Positions 9,680 to 17,219 of a stretch of DNA of 34,589 nucleotides are shown here, piece by piece. Below the pieces are notes generated by a model. It searched no databases and had not been told where the DNA came from. It saw nothing but the letters and a program-made list of their open reading frames with translations. The stretch is from an uncultured Ignavibacteria bacterium (GTDB taxonomy: Bacteria > Zixibacteria > MSB-5A5 > SM1-73). How positions within the stretch are numbered: the first letter of the stretch is position 1; each line of letters begins with the position of its first letter. Where the stretch lies: the NCBI GenBank assembly GCA_964345305.1, contig CAYFQZ010000544.1:1-34589 (forward strand), read 5' to 3'. A program made the position numbers and the translations under genes.

Positions 9680-10099
9680 GGGGACCTGGAAAAGTCCAGA
9701 GAATCTCTGAGTCGAGCCAGAGAATCCGGTCTGGAGCTGTACGTCTCATTCCAGCCAGCGTTTCATCTTATCTCCGGAGAACGGGAGCAGGCGCAAGGCA
9801 ACCTGCAGTCCTCCAGAGAAGCCTTTGAGACTGCGCTTCGGCTCGGGGAAAAGTTGGGCAAGCCGGAGGTGTTGTGGAGAATCCATCACCGTCTGGGCAG
9901 ACTTCTCCTGCTGTCGCGGGACATCGAAGCCGCCTATGGCGAGTTGAAACGAGCGGCAGCCATCCTGAAGAAGTTATGCCACGGAGTCGGGGGAGAGGAA
10001 GCGAAACGGAGTTACATGGGGGATCCGGAAAAAAAAGATTTGCTATCTGACCTCAAAGCGGTAGCAAGAGAATTGGTCGGCAACGCAGAGCTGGTCTAG
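9680..10099 (+). other. In-frame, stop-free continuation of the TPR region after the TAA (detached C-terminus of the kinase/TPR gene)
   Basis: The same frame as 6293-9679 has no stop for 139 codons. The translation continues the repeat: AELYLK*GDLEKSRESLSRARESGLELY...EVLWRIHHRLGRLLLLSRDIEAAYGELKRAAAILKKL... to TAG 10097-10099. The ORF track only picks it up from TTG 9854. Confidence 0.6.
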
Positions 10100-10143
10100 C
10101 AGACTCTCAATGTCAGGATGTCCGTAGACCGGAACTTACGGCC

Positions 10144-10194
10144 AGAAAAGGGAAAGGCTGTCACCCTGACTGAGACAGTCAGTAAATGACAGCC
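10144..10194 (-). terminator. Intrinsic terminator (nested hairpin plus U-tract) after the 27-codon ORF
   Basis: The outer stem pairs GGCTGTCA with TGACAGCC (10156-10163 / 10187-10194). The inner stem pairs CTGACTG with CAGTCAG (10166-10172 / 10176-10182). On the minus strand the hairpin is followed by TTTCCCTTTTCT. There is no T-tract after it on the plus strand. Confidence 0.6.
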
Positions 10195-10241
10195 CTTCGA
10201 AAGGAGGTGCTGGTGGTTGTCAGAATCCCAAGCGTGTTTGA

Positions 10242-10325
10242 TTAGCCACGACCACCTGAGACACTTACTGGAGCGATCTTCTCCTCCAGTACTTCAACTT
10301 CCAGCACTAATTCCTTCAGTTCCAT
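10242..10325 (-). CDS. Candidate small protein (27 aa): MELKELVLEVEVLEEKIAPVSVSGGRG
   Basis: The ATG at 10323-10325 is preceded by AAAGGAGGTGA with an 8-nt spacer, the strongest SD in the window. TAA is at 10242-10244 and the terminator hairpin starts 47 nt downstream. Codon choice resembles the neighbouring genes. The ORF is too short for the ORF track, and I could not assess homology. Confidence 0.35.
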   Translation of the reverse strand: MELKELVLEVEVLEEKIAPVSVSGGRG

Positions 10326-10969
10326 CCGTCTCACCTCCTTTGTTTATAAAAAAGCGATACTTGTCGGTACAGATATTTCTACCTACTCAAAACTTGCGGC
10401 CTACCGGCTCAGCTTTTCACCAGATCACGGGAAGTTCGCCACGCAGACCTACCCTCGAGGTAGGCCCTCCCTTCATCCCTCCAACACCAAGATCATGACA
10501 AATCCCTACCTTGTCAAGCCTTTTTTAAAAAAAATCGCACATTCGGGAGAAAATTCCGGAAAATATTAAACAACGGCGGGAAAAACTACGTAGACGGGGA
10601 TTTACTCATTTCCCGCTTCTGGCCGGTTCTGGATTGTCAAGCAGGGCTGTGCTGCTCAAACCGCACCCTCACTCTGTCTATCCTTTTGTGTCGGTTGAGA
10701 TAGTTCGAGACCCATGGGATCGGGCTTATGCTTGGACTCCGGAGGTTTCTGCCAGCCACTCCTTTCTCCCGGCGGTCAGAAACCTGCTGCCAAAACTTTG
10801 AACACGCAGTAGGAAAGGCCGCCGAAACATATATTGGCCCCGGGAAAACAACCCATCTGTTGCGCGTGCCCCAGTGAGCCCTTTTGCGTACCTGGAAGGT
10901 AGGATTGAGACGTCTCTCTATACGGCGGATCGCTCCGGTCGATGTCTTGATCCCCAATCGAAGCCTGCC

Positions 10970-11806
10970 CTAGAGCCTTCCCAGGTAGATGGCGGCCAGT
11001 CCCAAAAGCATATCCGCCTTCAGCAGGTTACTCAGGCGATGGAGATTGGATGTAGATGGGTCGCGCCGCATGGACCAGATCGCATACACCAGAACCAGAT
11101 CCACCCCCAGGACAACTGTGACCAGATAAACGACTGAAAAGACACGGAGGGCATAAGGGACCGGAGTCAGAATCATTAGAAGGACAAAAACCAGGGAACA
11201 GAAACCCATTGATCGATACACACCCACTCTGATAGGCAGTGTTGAAGCGCCCCTGAGTCGATCTCCTTCCACATCCTCAATGTCCTTTAGAACCTCCCGC
11301 CCCAGATGGAACAAAAAGGCGAAAGCGGCCGGGATCAGGGAGAGCCTGAAATCGCTGGTGGCCAGACCTCCGTAAACAAAGGCCGAGGCTGAAACCAGGG
11401 CTACGGTCAGATTCCCCCAGAGTAACCTGCTTTTCAACGAGTAGCTGTACATTATGAGGAGGCCGCTGGCGGCAATTGCCACCATTACGCTGGCCGGTCT
11501 GATCCAGAGGCTGGGAATTATTCCGCAGAAGATCAGCACCGTAGAGAACAACAGTGCAGAAGCGGGAGTAACCTCACCTCGGGGGAGAGGGCGATCTGGC
11601 TTGTTTATGCGGTCTATCTCCAGGTCGAAGAAATCGTTGATGGAATTTCCACCGGCGGAGACGAAGAAAGCAGAAACGCAGGCCAAAAGCACTTTTCCCC
11701 ACGACTCTACGGTTCCCGACACTGCGGCTCCGACGAACACCGATAGGGCCGCGATGAGATTGTTCTGAACCCGGGCAAGTTTTGCGAAGCTGAGGACTCT
11801 TTTCAC
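10970..11806 (-). CDS. UbiA-family prenyltransferase with digeranylgeranylglyceryl-phosphate-synthase-like motifs
   Basis: 278-aa polytopic membrane protein with a GTG start. The first Asp-rich motif is NSINDFFDLEIDRINKPDRPLPRGEV. The second motif is LGREVLKDIEDVEGDRLRGASTLP. N-terminal ARVQNNL is also typical of the DGGGPS-type UbiA subgroup. Confidence 0.85.
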   Translation of the reverse strand: MKRVLSFAKLARVQNNLIAALSVFVGAAVSGTVESWGKVLLACVSAFFVSAGGNSINDFFDLEIDRINKPDRPLPRGEVTPASALLFSTVLIFCGIIPSLWIRPASVMVAIAASGLLIMYSYSLKSRLLWGNLTVALVSASAFVYGGLATSDFRLSLIPAAFAFLFHLGREVLKDIEDVEGDRLRGASTLPIRVGVYRSMGFCSLVFVLLMILTPVPYALRVFSVVYLVTVVLGVDLVLVYAIWSMRRDPSTSNLHRLSNLLKADMLLGLAAIYLGRL

Positions 11807-11958
11807 TGGTTCGACTCTGCCTTATTTGGCCTGCGCTGACGGCCAGCCCGGCCGAGCCGGAGTGCTGCTCCCAAGGCGTCGGTTACCTGGCATCCGCCTG
11901 TTCATCCAGCGTCTCAGCCCGGAGCATGCGCTGTCTCGGGACTGACGTTCCGGTCTCA

Positions 11959-13542
11959 CTAGAAACTGTTCGAGACTCCGAAGTGTATCATGCCCTCGGT
12001 GGTGCTTTGGCCGGGCGCCAGGCCGTAGTCGATTGCCACCAGGCCTGCTCTGGAATTGACTCGCAATCCGAAACCGTAACCCAGCTTCCAGGCCGAGATT
12101 CTCTCAACCGAACGGCTGCCGCGGGCGAGAGCCTTCCGCTCAAAGTAGCCGTAATCTGTAAACAGCAGTAATCTCGAATCCCCCTCCAGTAGGAACCTGT
12201 ATTCCAGGTTAGCCCATGTTACGGTGGTACCGAAAAACTCATCGTCGCGATAACCGCGGATACTGTTCCTCCCCCCGAGTTCGAATTGATCCGACACCGG
12301 GACCACCCTTTCGTCTGTGATCAGACCCTTCAAATGCAGTCCAACCAGGACAGTCTGGGCCTTCAAGCTGGGGAGGAAGTGCTCCAGATCCAAGGTAAGC
12401 TTGACTGAGGAGACGCGTTCTCTTCCGAAGGGCAGCGAGGCTGCGGGATGATTTATCTTATGAAGGTACCCTGCTTCGACGCCGTAAAGAATTCCCTTAC
12501 GTGGATTGTCGCGCCGGTCCAAAAGATCAAGCCCAAAGACTGCTCCTATCTTGTATTTCCGGCTGTCGGGTATGCAGCACTCGCCCGCCGGACCGGGGAC
12601 CACCTTCTCCCATCCGGCTTCCACCCCCCAGGATACCCTTTGCGTCGAGTTGAATAGGATTCTGGCACCAAACGAGAGCTTAAGAAATGTCGAATCACGG
12701 TCCGTCTGCGATAGGCTCAATTCCAGGGTAGGAGGCAAACCCAGCACCCAGGGCTCTCGGTAGGCAAAGAGCAGTCCTGAGGAATAAGAGTCCTTTCTGG
12801 ACCAGTTCCACTGCATCCTTCTTCCGGTGCCGAAGATGTTGTCAAAGATGAGTTCCACGCTGCCGAAGATGCTTCCGCCTTTAGCGCCCCTGCCCGGCGC
12901 GTAACCCAGCATTCCGCTGAAGCTATTGTTCTTTCTCTCCCTCAAGGCGATTCTCAAGATCCCCTCTTCCGGGTTATCCCCAGCCAGAAGCTGGGTGCGG
13001 TCGATCCTTTCTATGAACGACAGCCTTCCGATCCTGTTCAGGCCCGCCTCCAAACGCCTCTGTGAGAAAAACCCGAATATTCCCCCTCCCACCTCCCTCA
13101 GAATCACCTTTTTGCGGGTTGACTTAAGCCCCTCCAACTGGACTTCGGTGATTCTCACCCGGGGCCCCTCCTCCACCAGAAAGGAAAAGGTAATCTCTCC
13201 ATTACCCCAACTCCTGAAACCGGAGGGAGAGATTTGACAGTAGGGAAATCCGTTCTCCTCATACAGGTTCAATATCCTGTCTATGCTGTTTTCCAACCTA
13301 TGCAGGGTCAAGGGCGAATCAGGTTCCGTACCTATCTCCGATAGAATTCTATCGCTGTCGAGGAAGCGATTACCCTGGACCTGAATCCGTTGGGAACGGC
13401 AGGGTTTCTCCTTCTCCCCCCAGCTCTCCTCTCCCAGCGCGGGGGCGCACCAAAGCCACAGAGCACAGGCAAGCGGAAGCAACAGACTGCCCTGTCTGAA
13501 TCCCACAGGCATAATGGATCTGGCTGGTCGACGACTCAACAT
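11959..13542 (-). CDS. Omp85/BamA-TamA-family outer-membrane protein with about two POTRA domains
   Basis: I prefer ATG 13542, preceded by GGAGAAGAAG, which gives the signal peptide MLSRRPARSIMPVGFRQGSLLLPLACALWLWCAPALG. The track ORF extends to 13728 and would overlap the upstream gene. POTRA-like segments are IQVQGNRFLDSDRIL... and ITEVQLEGLKSTRKKVILREV. The barrel carries ELGGRNSIRGYRDDEF and ends ...HFGVSNSF. Confidence 0.85.
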   Translation of the reverse strand: MLSRRPARSIMPVGFRQGSLLLPLACALWLWCAPALGEESWGEKEKPCRSQRIQVQGNRFLDSDRILSEIGTEPDSPLTLHRLENSIDRILNLYEENGFPYCQISPSGFRSWGNGEITFSFLVEEGPRVRITEVQLEGLKSTRKKVILREVGGGIFGFFSQRRLEAGLNRIGRLSFIERIDRTQLLAGDNPEEGILRIALRERKNNSFSGMLGYAPGRGAKGGSIFGSVELIFDNIFGTGRRMQWNWSRKDSYSSGLLFAYREPWVLGLPPTLELSLSQTDRDSTFLKLSFGARILFNSTQRVSWGVEAGWEKVVPGPAGECCIPDSRKYKIGAVFGLDLLDRRDNPRKGILYGVEAGYLHKINHPAASLPFGRERVSSVKLTLDLEHFLPSLKAQTVLVGLHLKGLITDERVVPVSDQFELGGRNSIRGYRDDEFFGTTVTWANLEYRFLLEGDSRLLLFTDYGYFERKALARGSRSVERISAWKLGYGFGLRVNSRAGLVAIDYGLAPGQSTTEGMIHFGVSNSF

Positions 13543-13625
13543 CTTCTTCTCCAAAAACCATAACGTGGATTTGAACCTATCCAATCCTGCGCTATGCACT
13601 TTGGCCATCCTTATCACGCGTTTCT

Positions 13626-16600
13626 CTAGAAAACCGCCTTCAGCTCCATTCTTGCCCGGTGATAAGCCCTTCTGTGCGCCAGGACTTCGCCGGAGTAAGC
13701 CGCGGATGTGACAATATGTGAGCCCCACTTATAATCGAAGAAGAGGCGCCAATCGCAGTTTTCTCCCCGTCCTTTTCCGTCGGAGAGAGCATAAGAAAGA
13801 CTGCCGCCGCCCCGCGGGGAAGCAAGGTGAGTCCATCGAAATTCAGCCTTCAACCTTCCGCGTGAGAGAAGGGACCATACCAGCTTGGGGGACAGGCTGT
13901 AGATGTCCACCCTTGTGCCGCTGATCTCTTGGTCCCTTCTCCGGTACTGCGCAGACGCGTTGAGTTCCAGTGCCCGAGCCTGCCTTCTGGTAAATCCAAG
14001 ACTCACGCCCTTGCCCATAACAAGATCTCTGGTCCCTCCCTCTCGCTTGTCTTCGATCTCTTCGGCGTCTATCTGGAGCTCAAGGAAATGTACGGAGGAA
14101 ATACGGGATCTCAACAGAAGCTCGTGTTTGAGCGTTTCGTGTTGTCTGTCCCCATTTGACAGCAGCCTTTCTGCCTCTTCACTCTTCTCCCATCTGAATC
14201 GAAGGTTGAGGGGTCTGGAACCGTCGAGAAAGTACAGGTCATGCCGAACCAGCACATTCTGAGAGAGAATCTCCTTATCCGGCAGACCCGTAAGGGGATA
14301 GAGAAAGTAGAAAGCCAGCGACCTTCCTCCCGCCAATCTTCCTCTGAGGCTGAGGAAGGAATCGGTGGACAGTAGCCTTGCTACTCGCCACCAGAAAAAG
14401 CTGGGCCGTTCCCTGGATGACAGCTTGTTGGGAGAAAAGATCACCCTCACGCTTTTGTTCACCTCTGACGATGGCTGGCCCTCCCCCACCCATTCCGACA
14501 GCCGGACGAAGTCGCCCTCTGGATCGGCAACATAGTCTCCGTCTTCGTATCGATAGTTCCCTCTCCCTTCCTCCACCTCCAGATAGCTGTCCACCCTGCG
14601 GGAGGAGTGAATCTGGTTTTGGGAATGATAGAATTTTACGTTGACGATCTGGCTGGGAGGATAGAAATCCATTCTGCTTGTCACCAAATCCCATTTGTTT
14701 TCCGAACCCTCGGAACCACTTTGTTTCTTTATCCTTCGGGTAAACTCGAGATCCGAGGAGAGCATGGCCCGGAAGTCGCGCAGGGAGAGGCGCTGACGCA
14801 CGCTGTAGCCGAAAGACTTTTTCTCTTGGAAACCCTGACCCTCCCGATAGGTCAACTGCGTGCTGGTTCTCAAGCTGGGCGATAAACCCAGGCTTACCTC
14901 CCCGCCGAGCTGATCAAAATTGTCCCTCTCAGCAGCCGATGCCCAAGTGGCAGCGTTGTTCCTTTCCCGCTGCCAGGATAGCTCAGCGTAGAGCCTTCTG
15001 TACCTGCTGCTCAGAACCACCAGGTTCCTTGTCTGCAGGCCATCTTTTGTCGCCCCCCCATCCCCGGTCATCCTTGATTTGATCCTCTCGGTCTTTGCCT
15101 TCGCAGAAGCCCAGCTTACAGGAACCAGCTGGGTGCCCAAACTCATCTTTCTTACGGCGAACTCTCCTTCCGCCTGAAGCTTCCCATATCCGAAATCGAC
15201 CTGGAACGATTTGGAGGGCGCGACAAGTCCGCTGAACTGATAAGTTTTCTCGTCTGTGGAGACAGACTCTTCGGTCAGCCCCCATGTTCTCGCCTTCTCC
15301 ACCGGCTCTACCCTCCCGAACGGGGCGAAGTCGCGGCCTATCAGCCTATACTCCCCTTCAAGTCTGATCAGGTGGAACTCCGGCTTGAGAAATTGAAAAT
15401 CCGTCCTATGGTAGGCGGATCTGACCAGAAGCGCGTCGCCCCAGTTATTCTCGTCATCCTTGCCAGAGAAAGTATTCTTATCCCTCTTGCTTTTGGCCCA
15501 TTCCATCTCGGCCTTCAAATTCTCCGCAGGACGCAGGGAGAGACTCAAGTCAAGAAGAGAATGGCTCTCAGGCAAAGGCAGAAGCACCACGGGCGAAAAG
15601 CCTCCGTTCCCCGGATACACGTATTGGCATATGCCGCCTCCGATATAGCTGTAGCTTCCCTTTCCCGGCCCCACCCAGGAGAATGAGACCCGGTAGGAGC
15701 CCGAGTCGCTGCCTGCGTATCGGTAATAGGGGACACCCAGAGAATCGTGGGCCAGTTCGTACTCTCCTTGACCTTTCCCTACGAACTCGGCGCCATCTCT
15801 CGAGGCCATGATTCTGTCGCTTCCGGCATCGCTGAGGATCTTCCTGTCCTCTGCAGAGAGGGTGAAGGCGGAAGGACGGTTTCGGTCGTCCTCCTCCAGT
15901 ATTCCCGAAGCCTTAAGCTTCAGCCTCCCGTCGAGAAATGAGGCGCCGACATTCGCGCCGTGAAAATCCCTTCTGTAATCCTCTACCGAATATTCGAAAT
16001 CGACGGCTATCCTGGTCTCCGAGGTAACCAGCCTTCTTGGGGTAAACTCAAGCGTGCCCCGGCCGTAGTCGATGCTATAATCGTTATTCGAGCCCCTTTC
16101 CATCTTTTCCCCGTCCACCCACACCGACTCTGTTCCGGGCAGGACCGTTATGTTGGTCTCTCCGTTTCTGCCCTTCAACCGGTAGGGGCCCTGTTTGTTG
16201 TCCTGGCCATAAAACCTGTTGGTGAAACTCTCGCCATTGGTGGAGGCGAAGGCAACCGAGGCCGAGGCTCTGCCGCTTCTGGCCTGTGCCGTCACCCCCT
16301 TCAGTTTCTTCTGGTAGAAAGACAGCTCCGATTCTGGAGTGGTGAGATAATAGTCTCCCAGCGTGCCGGAGAAATTCCGGGACTTGACCAGCATTTGGAC
16401 TTTGTCCAGCTCTGCTAACCTCTTTGTGCTCCCTTCGGGCAGGGCGGGCATGTTCTGATCCGAAAGCTGGAGCGAGACCTCCAGATTCCTCGCAGCATTT
16501 CCTTTGGCCGAGAGCCGCAGGCCCTGTTTCAGCGAAACGTCCTCAGAAGAGCCCACCTCGAATGAAAAGGTCTTGCTTCCAGACAGAACGATCTCGGAAG

Positions 16601-17174
16601 ATGCCTGTCTGGAGGGGAACTTCAGACCGCCCCCTTTGTCGACCCCGGCCAGTGTGCCTCGTATGGACGTAGACTGAGCCGCAGGGGGCTCGCTGGCCGC
16701 CCGCACCAGCTCCCGGTGAAAATAACGTCTCCTCAAGTTAAACTTGAACTTTTTATACCTAATCTCAAGTGAATCAGTGGGATAAAGGGCGGCGGAGAAG
16801 CTGATCTGACCACGGTCGTAGTCCATTGAGTAGTCTACATCTCGCCTCAGCACAAGCCCGTTCTTCTGCACCACGTCCGTATTCTCGAAAATCAAATGAT
16901 CCTTAAGCCTGTATGGACCGGGCGTTCCGTTTCCGGTCAAATGCACCACTACTTCCATGTCGAGATCTGACGGCGGGTCGCTCGCCGCCCCACCGATAGC
17001 GGGCCAACATGTGAAAAGAAGCGCCAGCATAATGGCTGCCAGCGGCTGAGCAAAGGGCTTTGCCCTGCCACCAGAGACAAAATTGCCCCCACATGAAGAA
17101 GGAAAGATGAGCCATCTGGTGGAGGGATGCACCGGTTTGGATCCTTCGCGTGCTTCCGGCGGTAACTTTCTCAT
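13626..17174 (-). CDS. Large (1182 aa) secreted protein of unrecognised family, predicted outer-membrane beta-barrel
   Basis: The ATG is preceded by AGAGG. A hydrophobic signal-like segment is AAIMLALLFTCWPAIGGAAS. Two Ig-like modules share GPYRLK...DYS[MI]DY.RG. Long runs of alternating amphipathic beta-strand pattern follow. The C-terminal OMP-type beta-signal is ...ARMELKAVF. No catalytic motif is recognised. Confidence 0.8.
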   Translation of the reverse strand: MRKLPPEAREGSKPVHPSTRWLIFPSSCGGNFVSGGRAKPFAQPLAAIMLALLFTCWPAIGGAASDPPSDLDMEVVVHLTGNGTPGPYRLKDHLIFENTDVVQKNGLVLRRDVDYSMDYDRGQISFSAALYPTDSLEIRYKKFKFNLRRRYFHRELVRAASEPPAAQSTSIRGTLAGVDKGGGLKFPSRQASSEIVLSGSKTFSFEVGSSEDVSLKQGLRLSAKGNAARNLEVSLQLSDQNMPALPEGSTKRLAELDKVQMLVKSRNFSGTLGDYYLTTPESELSFYQKKLKGVTAQARSGRASASVAFASTNGESFTNRFYGQDNKQGPYRLKGRNGETNITVLPGTESVWVDGEKMERGSNNDYSIDYGRGTLEFTPRRLVTSETRIAVDFEYSVEDYRRDFHGANVGASFLDGRLKLKASGILEEDDRNRPSAFTLSAEDRKILSDAGSDRIMASRDGAEFVGKGQGEYELAHDSLGVPYYRYAGSDSGSYRVSFSWVGPGKGSYSYIGGGICQYVYPGNGGFSPVVLLPLPESHSLLDLSLSLRPAENLKAEMEWAKSKRDKNTFSGKDDENNWGDALLVRSAYHRTDFQFLKPEFHLIRLEGEYRLIGRDFAPFGRVEPVEKARTWGLTEESVSTDEKTYQFSGLVAPSKSFQVDFGYGKLQAEGEFAVRKMSLGTQLVPVSWASAKAKTERIKSRMTGDGGATKDGLQTRNLVVLSSRYRRLYAELSWQRERNNAATWASAAERDNFDQLGGEVSLGLSPSLRTSTQLTYREGQGFQEKKSFGYSVRQRLSLRDFRAMLSSDLEFTRRIKKQSGSEGSENKWDLVTSRMDFYPPSQIVNVKFYHSQNQIHSSRRVDSYLEVEEGRGNYRYEDGDYVADPEGDFVRLSEWVGEGQPSSEVNKSVRVIFSPNKLSSRERPSFFWWRVARLLSTDSFLSLRGRLAGGRSLAFYFLYPLTGLPDKEILSQNVLVRHDLYFLDGSRPLNLRFRWEKSEEAERLLSNGDRQHETLKHELLLRSRISSVHFLELQIDAEEIEDKREGGTRDLVMGKGVSLGFTRRQARALELNASAQYRRRDQEISGTRVDIYSLSPKLVWSLLSRGRLKAEFRWTHLASPRGGGSLSYALSDGKGRGENCDWRLFFDYKWGSHIVTSAAYSGEVLAHRRAYHRARMELKAVF

Positions 17175-17219
17175 GCGTGCCTCTGCTTCGTCGGGCGGTT
17201 CGGAGATGACCGTTGCCCC

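Noticed and set aside
10217-10498. 93-aa plus-strand ORF (TTG start) preceded by AAGGAGGTG
   Set aside because: Despite the SD-like sequence, it is Pro/Ser-rich low-complexity and uses many codons rare in neighbouring genes (CTA, ATA, CGA, TCA, CCT). It has no terminator and overlaps, antisense, the better-supported 27-codon ORF.
10751-10792. Cobalamin-riboswitch-like strings on the plus strand (GCCACTC ... GGTCAGAAACCTGC, resembling GCCACTG and the B12 box)
   Set aside because: The match is imperfect and one nt short in the B12 box. Other conserved cobalamin elements are missing. There is no plus-strand gene downstream for it to regulate.
10637-10957. 106-aa minus-strand ORF just downstream of the UbiA gene; I looked for IS200/RAYT-like transposase remnants
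   Set aside because: It has only a TTG start, no internal ATG, and is very Arg/Trp-rich. Resemblance to Y1-transposase motifs (F.G..Y.S, YI..NP) was weak and wrongly spaced.
11800-11830. GGTTCGACTC string resembling a tRNA T-loop
   Set aside because: The flanks cannot form a T-stem or an acceptor stem, and the string overlaps the start of the UbiA gene.
13543-13728. Longer N-terminal extensions offered by the ORF track (13728 for Omp85, 18290 for NHL, 30592 for PorU-like, 26319 for PorV-like, 33529 for leuC, 4014 for C25)
   Set aside because: In each case an internal ATG gives a canonical signal peptide or conserved N-terminus and usually a better SD. The 13728 start would also overlap the upstream gene by ~100 nt. 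The alternatives remain possible and are noted in the feature evidence.
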